Below, piece after piece: positions 11,957-25,205 of a DNA stretch of 64,000 nt (position 1 is its first letter; each line of letters opens with the position of its first letter). The position numbers and the translations under genes are program-made. The notes below the pieces were generated by a model, which was not told where the DNA came from, ran no database searches, and saw only the letters and a list, made by a program, of their open reading frames with translations. Source of the stretch: Octopus vulgaris (taxonomy: Eukaryota); contig OX597817.1 of the NCBI GenBank assembly GCA_951406725.2, positions 150,660,001 through 150,724,000 of the forward strand. Direction: 5' to 3'.

Positions 11957-12255
11957 ATCTTTTACGTGTTTCGGTCGTTTGACTGCGGCCATGCTGGGGC
12001 ACTGTTTTGAAGGGTTTTAGTTGAACAAATCGATCTAGGATTTTTTTTAAAGCCTAGTACTCATTCTAATTGTGCGGGACAGTTACAAAACTATATAAAT
12101 ACGACGGGCGTTTTTCAGTTTCCGTCTACCAGATCCACTCGCAAGGCTTTCGTTGGCCCGAGGATATGGTAGAAGATACTTGCCCAAGGTGCCACGCAGT
12201 AGGACTGAACCCGGAACCACGTGGTCGGGAAGCAAGCTTCTTACCACACAGTCAC
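11957..12255 (-). mobile_element. SINE family A with internal deletion
   Basis: Similar to 36656-37052; CpGs retained. Confidence 0.8.
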
Positions 12256-12372
12256 ACCATTATATATGTATAAATGTGCGTATATACGTATGTATGTGTC
12301 ATGTATACAACATGGTTTTTACATCCACTTTATCATGCTGACTTGAATTGGGCAAGAATTTTTATAGCAGTA

Positions 12373-15223
12373 CTAGCAATGCACCCCGGCGTTGCCCGAC
12401 TGTTTTTACCTACAACCATATTGTATTATTTGTTCCTTTCTTACAGGTAGAATCGGCACATGAGGGGTTTCAAGCAATCAACTCTTCTTCATAAACATGT
12501 TTTTCGATCATTTTCTGATTAACAATGCTGTGATTTTTGACACCAAAAACATGTACAATGGCAGTTTAGATTAGATGGAAATCCTAACATTGCCCCCAAA
12601 ATGACCTCAAAATAGTGCGACCCAGCCTTGTTTTGGTGTTAATTTTTGTAGTAAAATAGGGTTGCTGTGCAAAAAACTTACTTTACGCTGGTAGCCGAAA
12701 TATTGCTCAATCTTTTGGTATCTCATTCAGCAATATTGGCAACTTAGTTTTATGGCTACGAATCGGGTAATGTAGAAGCTGAAATAGTTCTTGCCCGTCC
12801 CATAATATTTGTTGATAACTGTGAACAACACGCATATACATTAGATTCTCCAATGAAAAGGCCATGTTCAAAAGTATGGTTTTCTGCAAGGATATTTGGT
12901 ATTAGTTTACATCAATGTTGAGGCTAACAGAATAAAAAAAGGGACATTTTGAGCTGTATGTATATGTATATATATAACCCTTCTTCCCTGAGCGTCCAAT
13001 AATACTATATTTGTTCCACGTCCTCGCGTTGTTGTGTTTTTTTGTGTTTTCTTGTTTGGATTAACTATATATATAAGGATATGACTAAGCAGGGTTAGTG
13101 ATGTGGACAGTTTGGCATAAATGTATAGGGATGCTGTGCTTCTTGAAAATAATTGGGTTATGCTCGTATGCAGAGTGGAGCGATGTATGGCTTCATGGCT
13201 GATGAACGGTGAAAGCCTAAGAAATAAGTTAAGTATATTAATAAGTTGCACGAGAAAAGGACTTTGGAGAGCATACATGCAAAAGTAAGCAATCAAGACT
13301 TAGGGATGTAAAGAAATTGGTGCCGAATGAGGACGTATGGGTATCCGTATTTCAGAAGGTAAGGTACATGGAAAGAAAGCTGCTTCATTGTGAAAAGTGC
13401 TATCTCTAATGTTTGGGCAGACTGCACACTTCAGCAAATGTTCAGTGAAGCCGACAACGCTTCTTAGTAAACTATATTTTGCGTGTCTCCAGTGTTGGTT
13501 TAAAATAAATATACATGAGACCCTTCTTTGTCGTGTTGTCATATATTGCAAGTATGCAAAACTTCCTTTGCCGGGAAAATTGGAAGAATGGCACAATACG
13601 CACTTTCTCTTTATTTTTAACAAAACGGATCCCTGCTTTTTTTTAGATATGAGTGACCCCTAGCGAGAAGATAACAATAAAATTGAAATTTGGACTGTAC
13701 ACTTCGTGGGAAAGTTTTCGAATTTTAATATTTTATCCGCAATAATTTAAAGGTTTGTTACAGATAATGTATATTCATAACATAATTCTCTGTTAGTAAA
13801 TGTTTTTCTCGCAACAATTTGAAGGTATGTTAGAGATAATGTATTTTAATAACATAATTTTCTGTTAGTAAATGTTTTTCTCTTACACAAACACCCAACA
13901 ATTTGGCTTCGAAGTATTTAAAAAATTATTCGGAAATTATAAAGAGAAACAAATGGCAGAATCAGACTGTCCGTATTTTAAAACCAGAAATAATAAAAAA
14001 AGAAAACTCGAAAAACAGTGGGAAGTTTTAGAATTAGAGGGAAAGGAATATTTAGAAAAATATATTGGATAATCGTATTAATTCCATTATGCAGAAGACA
14101 GAATCAAAAAAGAATTTTGTGAAAATTCTTAAAAATAAATAAGTTATGAGGGGTACGTGCTTCGATCAGAACTCCGCCGACCTTTATTTTGTAAATCGTA
14201 TTTGTGATAAGCGTATTTAAAAACCTGATCTTCGATATTAAGCTTAAAAGGAAGTTTTTTTTTTAAGAAATCGTGTCGTTTAGCTGTTGTTTCTATCAAG
14301 TTGGAAGTGACATTTGCGCTCCCATTTTTTTTCCAAAGATTTCTTCAGGTTCCCGTGTTTTCGATACAGGAGATAGGGATTTGGGCAAAAAAACAAGTTT
14401 TCAAGATTTTAATTTTCCCCCTCCCTATGCTAATTTTAAAATTTTAAACTTTTTTCGAAATTTTTCCTTTGTAATCCACGTACAAAAATACTGAGATTAC
14501 GAATCTTTAAAAATTAAAAAAAAGATTTTCTTTAAGGAACACTCAAATCCCTTTCCTCAACCTCCACCCACCACCTCTCCACATTCAAAAACTAAAAACT
14601 CCGAATGTTTCACTTTTAGCTATTTTTGAAAGCGGGAAAGTTTTTTTTCCAGCAATAATGTTGTTTAGCTGTTGTTTCTAGGATGTCGGGTTTTCTGGTG
14701 GTGGTCTGATATTTTTGACGTCTGCTATTCTACGCATGCGTGAAACATTCAGATTAAAATTTTGAAACGTGATTTTGGGGCAAAATCGTATTCTCTTATA
14801 TCGAAAACAGAAATCCGAAGAAATTTTTGAGGAAAAAAAAACGTAAGTGGGAGGTGCGGAAATTGTGCTAATAATTGTCCCCCAAAAGCATGTTTTTGTC
14901 ATTTTCCGTGGGCAAATAGGGTTTTGTGCACTCATAACATCCCTTGTACATTGCTGCGTTTTTTGACACCAAAATCATTAAAATTGGCAACGTAGATTAG
15001 AAGCAAATCAGAATATTGCCCGAAAATGACCTCAATATTGTGCAACCCGACCTTGTTTCCAAGGTTATTTTTGAAGTAAAAAAGAGTTGCGCAAAAAATC
15101 ACTTCAATTAGTATTTGGCGTATGAGGTATCAAAAGAGTCAGTAATCGGTAACTCGGTTTTCGAATCCATAAGGAACATACGCACCACACACAGACACAC
15201 AAACTCTGTTTAATAGATATAGA
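12373..15223 (-). mobile_element. Non-autonomous Helitron, about 2.85 kb
   Basis: Minus strand has a 5' A|TCTATATC terminus at 15223, a 3' hairpin cgggcaacgccggg, then CTAG|T at 12373. No TSD. Internal diverged duplications. Confidence 0.8.
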
Positions 15224-16084
15224 TTATATGGTTCAGGCCATTTTTTATTCATACGTCAACTTTACTTCAACTTAGTGTATGTAAACGAATTTATTTTGAC
15301 AAGTATCTCTTGAGATCCTGCTGATGATGTGAATACGTGTGTGCATTTTTTTCCACATATTTTTATCTTAGGGAAACGTAATTGTGTGCAAAGTTACGGA
15401 AAAAGAAGTATTGTATTTTAATATGTATGTTTTGATTGATATTTCAATCGATTTCGTTTACATTATATATTTAATATATTATCAACTTGGTCCTTTTCGT
15501 TGACTTTGCATTAACATGCAAGACAAAATATGTCTTGTGATTGAATTTTGTAGACGGAAACACGTTTATCCCCCACCTAGTATTGGTTTGTTTACGTCTT
15601 CGTCCCATAGCAGTTCGGCCCAAAAGAACTGATGGTATAAGTACCAGATTTATAAAGAAAGTATGGGGTCGATTTGTTCGACTAAACCCTTCAAGGCGAC
15701 GCCCCAACATGGCCGTAGTCCAATGACTGGAACAAGTAAAAGATAAAAGTTGAAAAGTAAAAAATGGCTGCCGGGTTTTCCTTTTTACGAATCTTTCTTA
15801 TAACAGTTCAGTAGACTGTTATACTTTGTTCAAAGTGTGGACCGTCTTTTGAAAGTGGCTCAAAAGTACGTGCTAATTTACCAAGGCTTTCAACAGGTTA
15901 GCACGATTGTGAATCAAGAACTGAACAATACCCAAGGAATGTCTTAAGTACTTTAATACCTTTGACTCGAAATTATTTTTCTCACAGTAATGTGTGACAG
16001 CTGGCTACAGACTATTCTAAGTTTCAAGTTTCCATTGACATTTGCACTTAACGCGAGATGTTTTGCTGTTTCCATTTTAATATA

Positions 16085-16500
16085 ATTTTTTCCTCTTACA
16101 TTGAGGTAAAAGTTTTAGAGGGTACACGTTTTCAAATTGGCTCACATTTATCTACATTATCTAGATTTATTGGGTGTTTAGCGAGTTCTGTAATACTCTC
16201 AAATTCTGCTGGAAGTTCCGATGCTGTCAACGTCAGCACTTGCTGGGTCCTTTTGGCGCTATAGTTCTTTGCTTGATATTTTGTTTTTAAAACCACCCAC
16301 AAGAAGCAAGAAAGGTTTTAGCGATTTTTTCAACTACTCAGATAAACTCTTCCATGGTTTTACTGTGTATGTCAGTTTAATAGAATTACATTCATCTAAA
16401 TTTTGCATAGTAATTTATATTTTGTCAGGTCGATTTATCATGCTTTTTAAAGATGACAGTGCAAATCCTAATGATTTCACAACGGCACTTCTTTCACCCT
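16085..16500 (-). pseudogene. Fossil Tigger/pogo transposase fragments
   Basis: Frameshifted pieces GERSAVVKSLG, FLASCGWF, PASAD and NVDKCEPI*KRVPSKTF occur in the order of Tigger motifs (ASxGWF, ASAD, NxDETGLFWKRMPSRTF). Confidence 0.7.
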
Positions 16501-17911
16501 GCATGTTTTATAATCTTAAGTATCTGATGATATTGCTTTACGCTTACATGAATTGATGAGATAGCAAGATTAACAATAATTGGGTTTATATATATATAAT
16601 TACTGTGCTTTAAGAAGTCACGAAATTGCGACAATATAGGACAAATAAATAATACAGAACGTGAAGTATAATTCAATGGTTGATTTCTTATAAAGCAACA
16701 AGATGGTTCTTGATACGGAAGCTCAAATTTGAACGGGAAATTCTGGGACGGCCACCAACGGGAATGTTTTTTTGCTTAACCTTTTCATGATTCTAGTTGT
16801 TTAATTGCCCCAATGTTAAACTTCGTTTATAACAGTTTCATTGACAGGGGAAATATAAAGTGAAATATGTGTGTGTGTGTGCGCGCGCACATATATAAAT
16901 TGTTAGCTGTGTGTTTTCTCGATGTGCTGTATTTCAGTGATGTTTAGCGTTATGTATTCACATGTAAAAGAGGTCTAGATATGTGCACCAGCGTTAGTTC
17001 ATATCTATGCATTTGAAAGGAGTGGGCGTGATTTATACATGGGAAGACTTTCCTACCCACCGCTGATTTGTGACCGCATTCTATTTTCCCATAGTCTTTT
17101 TCAAACCGACAGTAAATCCTTTAAGATGTCTGACCTGCTAGAAATAGCAGGCAAATATTTTTATTAAATTACACTCCGTGCTCATAAACAAGTAAGACAT
17201 TAAATAAATATTCTTTCTTGTACACGGATAAAATTACCATAAGTTCAACAATATGATATTACCTCCCAGTATAGTGTCGATAATGCTCGCTTTTATCATT
17301 TGTATCCTGTGCACATTTGCAAACTGAACAAACATAATAGTCCATAAACAAAACAAATTAAAGTGGAGATGGGTCGGGTTCTTTAACTCCATTCAAGTCG
17401 AGGTTAGTTGCCACATAAGTATATAAATCAATCGGCCATTTAAAAAAAAATTTCGGGCAGTAAGAAGAGCAGTGCCTACTGCACTTCACACGCTTTCCGA
17501 AACTAGTGGAAGGGAAACAGACACCAAATGCTTTTAATAGAATAGTCCCTGTTAAAGGCACCCAAGGTGTCATGCGATGGTGTTAAACTGGTGACAGATG
17601 AAGTTTATCATCGAAGAAGGTCATGATGGGGTTTGAATTCAGAACGCAAAGTGTTGTCGGAACAAATATCGCAATACATTCGATCCGATGTTCTTACAGT
17701 TCCGCCAATCTACCATCTTGGATCAGTACTTTTTGTTTTTATCGACCCCGAAAGAATGGAAAGTAAAGTTGACCTTGGCTGGATTTGATCTCAGGATGCT
17801 GTGTGTCAGAACAAATACTGAGACATGTCCGACATTCTAACGACTCCCCCACTTCGTGTTGATTGGTTGGGTACTAAAACAATGGATTTATTCACTGTTA
17901 TACCCGATATA

Positions 17912-18322
17912 TGATCTTTTCTGTTTGAACGGCAATTTTTTATAGCGGTGTCATATGAAATTGTCACCCATAATTATGACCCTAGTATCGATCTATTGCA
18001 TTTCAATCTCTTTTAGGGTTAGGGGTGGGGGAATGGTATCTTATTTTCTTCAGAAATGTAAATAAACCCAATCTGTTTCTTAAACGAGGGACATATTCAT
18101 ACGGCACAGAATGTTTGTTTTTTTTTTACCTCAATAGACGTCATTGATTGGTTGAAATTGAAGAAGAAAAAAACAACAAATATCTTACAAACTATAGAAT
18201 TTTCTCAATAAAGCCAAGAGAAAAAGATGTTTTATAAACATTCTACCAGTATACGAAATTTAAAAGTGTTTAGTTACGTGGAAATTATATTAAAAAAACT
18301 GCCGTTCAAACCGAAAAGATCC
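17912..18322 (+). mobile_element. Merlin-like MITE, copy 1
   Basis: TIR (G)GATCTTTTCGGTTTGAACGGCAG and 8 bp TSD ccgatata. Confidence 0.85.
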
Positions 18323-18477
18323 CCGATATATATACTCTTCTATCAGTATCAAATGGTCCGGGTAGAGTCAACGAATGAAAACCAGTTTATAGTCATCATT
18401 AGGGAATATTCTCCCACTTAGTGTTACAACAGTTGAATAAAAAAAAGAAGCTATATACTGTAACGCGCGGAGTCATA

Positions 18478-18885
18478 GGATCTTTACCTTTTTGACCTGC
18501 AGATTAAGAAAAATAATTTTTTGTAACTAAACACTTTCAAACTTCAGACACTAGTAGAATGTGTCATATAAAACATCTTTTACTGTTAGCATTTTTGAGA
18601 AAAATTATATTTACGAAGTAATTTCACATCAAAGTAGTCCTATTTCGGTAATTTCAACCAATGATTGACGTGTATTCAGCTGAATAAAATTACTGCCGTT
18701 GTTTGTCAACAAGAACTTCCGGCAGTGTATTTTTCGTTTGTCACTGTTATTTATGACAACCCTAACCCTTTCTCAAAAATGCTAAAAGATGTTTTATATG
18801 ACACATTCTACCAGTGTCCGAAGTTTGGAAGTGTTTAGTTACAAAAAATAAATTTTAAAATCTGTTGGTCAAAAGGTAAAGATCC
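18478..18885. mobile_element. Merlin-like MITE, second subfamily with long imperfect TIRs
   Basis: GGATCTTTACCTTTT...AAAAGGTAAAGATCC; TSD gagtcata/gagtccta. Confidence 0.8.
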
Positions 18886-20228
18886 GAGTCCTACACTTTG
18901 TATCACTCAGTGGCAGCCATTCTTTTGTAGATTTTCGATACAAAAGTTGTCCCTGATTACATTACTTGAAGTATCATTGGACATCATGGAGTAGGGAAGT
19001 GCTATCAAAACGAGTTCCTCTTGTCACAGACAATAAGATAATATTTACATTACACATAGAATCGCTCCAACGAGGAAGCCAGGTACCTGGTCGCTCGTCA
19101 CAAATAACTAAATCTTCCTCAAATCATACTACCCTTCTATCTTAAAAAGGAGACTGATTGGGAAAATAAGATAAGATATTCATGGCTAGACACAACAACT
19201 ACATCGGCTGCAAATATTTATACGAATTATTCACTATCTTATGTCCATGTACTGCGGTTCTCAATCTCTATGCTGGACAAAATTCTTTTGATAATATTTT
19301 TGTACTAATATAATTGCAGGAGAATTGCCGTAAACAAAACCGAAACTTAGGCTAGGGTTTTAGCTCTACTTTTACCACTAAATTCTGTTTGCCTGCTGCC
19401 ATTCAACGCCAGGTCAAAAACCTAATACAATAAACCTATAATAACCAATAATAAAATGTGTTCTCAATTTTAGAGACATCTACAAAAAAAAAAGTAAAAA
19501 ACAAACCAACAAACACAAAAACAAAACAACTATAAAACAGGACCGTCATTTGCAAGGCTACGGAACTAAACACTAGAACCAAAAAAAAAGTTTTAGATCA
19601 ATGAGCTAATATCCAGGATATTATGAGTTAAATTGCGTATCTGATGACGTATGAAGTAAGAATTATTCATCTTGTTACTTGAGTTTGCATGTAAATCTAA
19701 AACTAGATTTATATCTCTTCTGGGACGCACACACTACTCATTGCTTACATGGGAGCAGCTGTACTGAACGTTCCCAATTTGCCAGGAAAAGAGGATGAGT
19801 CCCTTTTGTAAGTCTTCCAGCCTTGTGAAATCGATGTGATTATGTTCAGCTTATATAGTCGTACGTTAATGTATGCAGGAAGACCACGGACGGAAATATT
19901 GACATAGACTCTGAAGCTGGATAAAAAGTAGATAAAAAAATTTGAGCACCATTTCATTTCCTCAGGAAAACTAGAGGACCTTCTATACTTATACATAAAC
20001 TAAGAAGCAATAACTTCTTTATTTCTGACTCTATTATTATTATTATTATTATTATGAACACACTATTGTACATTATCGACTTCTTATATAACGACTCGGT
20101 CGTTTTTTAACTCCTATCTCTAGCAATTGCCGATACTAATTTGTACCCTTGTTTATTAACTTGCTTTTGGGTTTTAATTGCTAACGGGCCACCTATATTA
20201 TAATATATTAAATATATTATGATATTCG

Positions 20229-20588
20229 TTGTGTGGTAAGTAGCTTGCTTACCAACTACATGATTCTGGGTTCAGTCCCATTGCGTGGCACTTTGGGCAA
20301 GTGTCTTCTACAATAGCCTTATGAGTGGATTTGGTAGACGGAAACTGAAAGAAACCCGTCATATAGATATAGATATGTGTGTGTGTGCTTGTGTCTGTGT
20401 TTGTCCCCCTACCATCGCTTGACAACCGATGTTGGTGAGTTCACGTCCCTGTAACTTAGCGTTTCGGCAAAATGGACCGATAGAATAAGTACTAGGCTTA
20501 GAAAGAATAAGTCTTGGGGATGATTTGTTCGACTAAAGGTGGTGCTCTAGCATGGCCGCAATCAGATGACTGAAACAAATAAAAGAAT
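20229..20588 (+). mobile_element. SINE family A
   Basis: Near full-length match to other family A copies. Confidence 0.85.
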
Positions 20589-20592
20589 ATAT

Positions 20593-21001
20593 AGATCTTT
20601 TCGGTTTGAACGGCAGTTTTTTTCTAGCGGTATCATATGAAATTGTCACCCATAATTATGACCCTAGAATAGATTTATTGCATTTCAATCTCTTTTAGGG
20701 TTAGGGGTGGGAGAAGGGTATCTTTTCTTCTTCACAAATGTAAATAAACCCAATCTGTTTTTTGAGGGACATATTCATACGGCACAGAATGCTTTTTAAC
20801 TCAATAGACGTCACTGATTGGTTGAAATTGCAGAAATTGAAGAAAAAAAAAACAAAACAAATATCTTACAAACTATAGAATTTTCTCAATAAAGCCAAGA
20901 GAAAAATATGTCTTATAAACACATTCTACCAGTATACGAAGTTTAAAATTTTTTAGTTACCTAGAAATTGTTAAAAACTGCCGTTCAAACCGAAAAGATC
21001 C
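20593..21001 (+). mobile_element. Merlin-like MITE, copy 2
   Basis: Same TIR; TSD gaatatat (20585-20592, 21002-21009). Confidence 0.85.
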
Positions 21002-21035
<34 letters not shown>

Positions 21036-21774
21036 TACTGCGCGTCACTTTGGACTGGTTAGTGTCTTGTGAGTGAATTCGGTAGATGAAACTGTGCTGA
21101 AGCCTATCATATATGCGCGTGCGCGTTTTTGAGCTCGTGTTCGCCTCTCTCCCGCCACAGTCCTTGACAACCGCTGTTGGTTTATTTTCGCTCCGTAACC
21201 AAGCAGTTCGGCAAAAGCGACCGGTAGGATAAGTACCAGACTTAAAAAGTGAGTGCTGAGGTTGATTTGTCCGACTAAACCTTTCAAAGCGGTGCTCCGG
21301 CAGTCCAGTGACCGAAACAAGCAAAAGGTAAGATATATATGAGCTTAATAAGCTTGAGCCGTCACATTCAAGCGAGTATGATCTGGCAGCTTGAAACACG
21401 CTTTCGTTAATGAATTTAAGAACCTATGTATAATAGTTGCAAGGAGACATAGGCATCCTCTCAATTGTCCTGCTTTTGACCCTGCGGAACAAGGGGAGAA
21501 AGAGATGCGTCAGAACTAGTCTGGTAGGATCTTTTTAGAATTCATTCAACCATTTGAATTATTTCACATTTTCTTTGTTGTAATTTTATATGCTAATGAT
21601 GTAAATCCACACCCACTTTTTTTTTTTTTTTTTTAGAAGTTAATAAAAAAGTTACAAGCATTTAAAATTGCTAAAGGGCACTCCGACAGCAAATGCTAAC
21701 CGTCACAATCTTTGACGATTCCTTATAGTACTCCTCATCCTACCCTAAAAGAAATATTCAGGGATTGTAGCGAC

Positions 21775-22189
21775 GGATCTTTTCGGTTTGACCGGCAGTT
21801 TTTTTAATATAATTTCTACGTAACTAAACACTTTTAAACTTCGTATACTGGTAGAATGTGTTTATAAAACATCTTTTTCTCTTGGCTTTATTGAGAAAAT
21901 TCTATAGTTTGTAAGATATTTGTTGTTTTTCTTCAATTTCTGCAATTTCAACCAATCAATGACGTCTATTGAGGTGAAAACATTCTGTGCCGTATGAATA
22001 TGTCCCTCGTTTAAGAAACAGATTGGGTTTATTTACATTTCTAAAGAAAAAAAGTTACCCTTCTCCCCACCCCTAATCCTAACCCTAAAACAGATTGAAA
22101 TGCAATAGATCGATACTAGGGTCATAATTATGGGTGACAATTTCATATGACACCGCTAGAAAAAGCTGCCGTTCAAACCGAAAAGATCC
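21775..22189 (-). mobile_element. Merlin-like MITE, copy 3 (inverted)
   Basis: Same TIR; TSD gtagcgac/gtagcgat. Confidence 0.85.
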
Positions 22190-23204
22190 GTAGCGATTTA
22201 GAATTTAGTCGTGTATTTATAATTGTGTGTGTGTGTGAGTGAAGTACAAATCCATTTCCTTGAAGTGAGCAATGATTTGTATATTTATGTTGTTGAAAGA
22301 GACTAAGTTATCATGTCCTCCTTGAAAGTTCTCAAGGTTAGTGTTTTTAGATTCAATGTTTGACCGAAGGGGGGGGGAGACAAAATAACAAATGAGGGTT
22401 TGTGTAGTATTAAAATGTGTAAGGACAAGTGAGAGAAAAGTAGGAGCGGATTTTTTAAAAAAATGTGATAAATTCACTTCTTGTATTGTCGTGTGGTTAG
22501 AGGTCAATGATCACAAGTGTCAAAGTTAAGTGTTTGGCGGAATAGTGAAAATCATTATGAGTGGAGGTAGACATAAATGAACAGTGTTAAAGTCCAGTGT
22601 GCCTGTGTGTGATACTTATATGTCGAAGGGTAGGAAAATAAGGAGGAGGAAAGTATTGATCGTGGATCAGTGATCGGTATTAAAAGGGGAAGAGTCAGTC
22701 TCGAAACTACAAATTCATCTTCCTACGCATACGAGCTAATCTAAATTCATTAACACACACACACACACTCTCTCTTCCTCTCTCTCTCCACCCCCCCCCC
22801 TCTCTCTCTTTCTCTCTCCACACACACATACACGAGTGAATAAAGAGACGAAAGAAACATTCGAAAGATTTGGTTGAAGTTGCATGTATTTAATAAAAGT
22901 TTGATTCAGAGCCATATCGGACAGGTACAATTGTCCTACACGGCCGAAACTTTTACGTGAAACTGGGTCAAACTGTATTTCATAGCACATGAGTCGCATT
23001 TTTTTTTTTTTTTTTTTTTACCTAAAAATATCTCAAAACATCAATCCAGGTCCTAATATGCTAATTTTGATCCCGGCGGTTTGTTCTCTCTAACCTGATT
23101 CTATAACTATTTAAATTTAAGCATTATTAGATAATGCTTTCGTACTTTTGTAATGTTTTGTAATGTACTAGATTGATTTAAATATTACATGTTTTAATGC
23201 TTTA

Positions 23205-23286
23205 AAAAACTTTTTTCCTGAATATGCCCTCCCGAAATTGGGATGCGTCTAATCTGCCTGTTCGTCTTATATGCCATTAAATACGG
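23205..23286. mobile_element. One end of a Tc2-like DNA element
   Basis: Terminus ...cgtcttatatgccattaaatacgg|ta. The other end was not found. Confidence 0.4.
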
Positions 23287-23333
23287 TATGTGCGCGCGTA
23301 TATACTTTTTATGTACAACGTTAATTAACACTT

Positions 23334-24955
23334 TGTTGTGTCTGGGGAGAGTAAAATTTCCACTTATTTCTTATTTTTATTTCCCTAAAATTTTCGTTGC
23401 ATCTTGCAACCTTTTCAATAGTCTTGACTCTGTCCGTTATTTACACTGCAATCCTTTTTGTTTGTTTCTGCGCATGTGTGTGGGTCAGTGTGTGTGTGCC
23501 TATGTATGTATGTATGTATGTATGTATGTATGTATGTATGTATGTATGTATGTATGTATGTATGTATGCATGCATGCATGCATGGATGTATGCATGCATG
23601 CATGCATGCATGTATGCATGCATGCATGTATATGTGTATGCATGCATGCATGTATGCAGCATGTATATGTATGCATGCATGTATGTGATGTATGCATGTA
23701 TATGTACATGCATGTATGCATGTGTATACATGCATGTATGCATGTATACATGTATGCATGCATGTATACATGTATGTATGCATGCATGTATACATGTATG
23801 TATGCATGCATGTATACATGTATGTATGCATGCATGTATACATGTATGTATGCATGCATGTATACATGTATGTATGCATGCATGTATGCATGCATGTATG
23901 ATGCATGTATGCATGTATGTATGTATGTATGCATGCATGTATGCATGTATGTATGCATGCATGTATGATGTATCATGCATGCATGTATGTATGTATGCAT
24001 GTATACATGTATGTATGCATGTATGTATGTATACATGTGTATGCATGCATGTATGTATGTATGCATGCATGTATACATGTATGCATGCATGTATACATGT
24101 ATGTATGTATGCATGCATGATATATGTATGCATGCATGTATATATGTATGTATGCATGCATGCATGTATATATGTATGTATGCATGCATGCATATATATG
24201 TATGCATGCATGTATGTATATGTATGCATGCATGTATATATGTATGTATGCATGTATATATGTATGTATGCATGCATGCATGTATATATGTATGCATGTA
24301 TATATGTATGCATGCATGTATGTATGTATGTATGCATGCATGCATATGTATGTATGTATGCATGCATGTATATATGTATGCATGCATGCATGTATATATG
24401 TATGCATGCATGCATGTATATATGTATGCATGCATGCATATATGTATGTATGCATATGTATGTATGCATGCATGCATGTATGTATGTATATATGTATGCA
24501 TGCATGTGTGTGTGTATGTATGTGTATATGTATGTATGCATGCATGTGTATATGTATGTATGCATGCATGTGTATATGTATGTATGTATGCATGTGTGTA
24601 TGTATGCATGCATGCATGTGTGTATGTATGTATGCATGTGTATATGTATGTATATGTATACGTATGCATGTGTATTTGTATGTATGCATGTGTGTGTATG
24701 TATGTATGTATATATATGTGTGTGTGTATGCATAGTATGTATGTGTGTGCATCTGTATGTATGTATTCTGCATACTCATGTGCTTGCATAAAAAGGAATG
24801 CAGTGTAAATAACGGACGGAGTCAGACTATTGAAAAGATTGCAAGACGCAACGAAAATTTTAAGAAAATAAAAATAATAAATAAGTGGAAATTTTACCGG
24901 TGAGTGTGTTAAATTATAAGACACAAAAATAAAATGACTCTCCCCAGACACAACA
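23334..24955. mobile_element. Penelope-like inverted arms with hammerhead-like motif, enclosing a satellite
   Basis: Arms at about 23334-23459 and 24790-24955 are reverse complements. The left arm reads UUGAAAA-G-GUUGC-AAGAU-GCAAC-GAAA-AUUU on the minus strand. Confidence 0.65.
23501..24770. repeat. Compound (TATG)/(CATG)/(TA) microsatellite, about 1.3 kb
   Basis: Directly visible; almost continuous purine-pyrimidine alternation. Confidence 0.97.
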
Positions 24956-25205
24956 GAATATGCTTCAACACACGAACTCATATAAAGAATCTTGCAAACC
25001 AAATCCAAAAACGAAGTTAATCAAAACTGTCTGACTTTATTGTACTTGCTTCTTACATTATACGCAGAAGATATCTTCATAGATGATTGAAATTGTGTAT
25101 CGGCAGAAAACCTGTGGGTTTCTATGTGTATCACAATATATATATATATATATAAGCAATAATAAATCTCTGAGCGAGATGCAAACAGTAGCAGCACGGA
25201 ATTGG

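Noticed and set aside
12760-12900. Helitron helicase C-terminal motif (TFEHG...VYACCS on the minus strand)
   Set aside because: Resemblance to FxHGQLYVAxSR is too weak and the frame is closed just upstream.
13198-13225. CTGATGA...GAAA hammerhead-like match
   Set aside because: Only 5 nt between the boxes and no stem I or III pairing; probably chance.
18012-18030. Interstitial telomere (TTAGGG)
   Set aside because: Only about two units, and part of the MITE consensus in each copy.
23243-25008. ORFs of 160-500 aa on both strands (MYVC/HTYI-rich)
   Set aside because: They are translations of the TATG/CATG microsatellite, which lacks stop codons.
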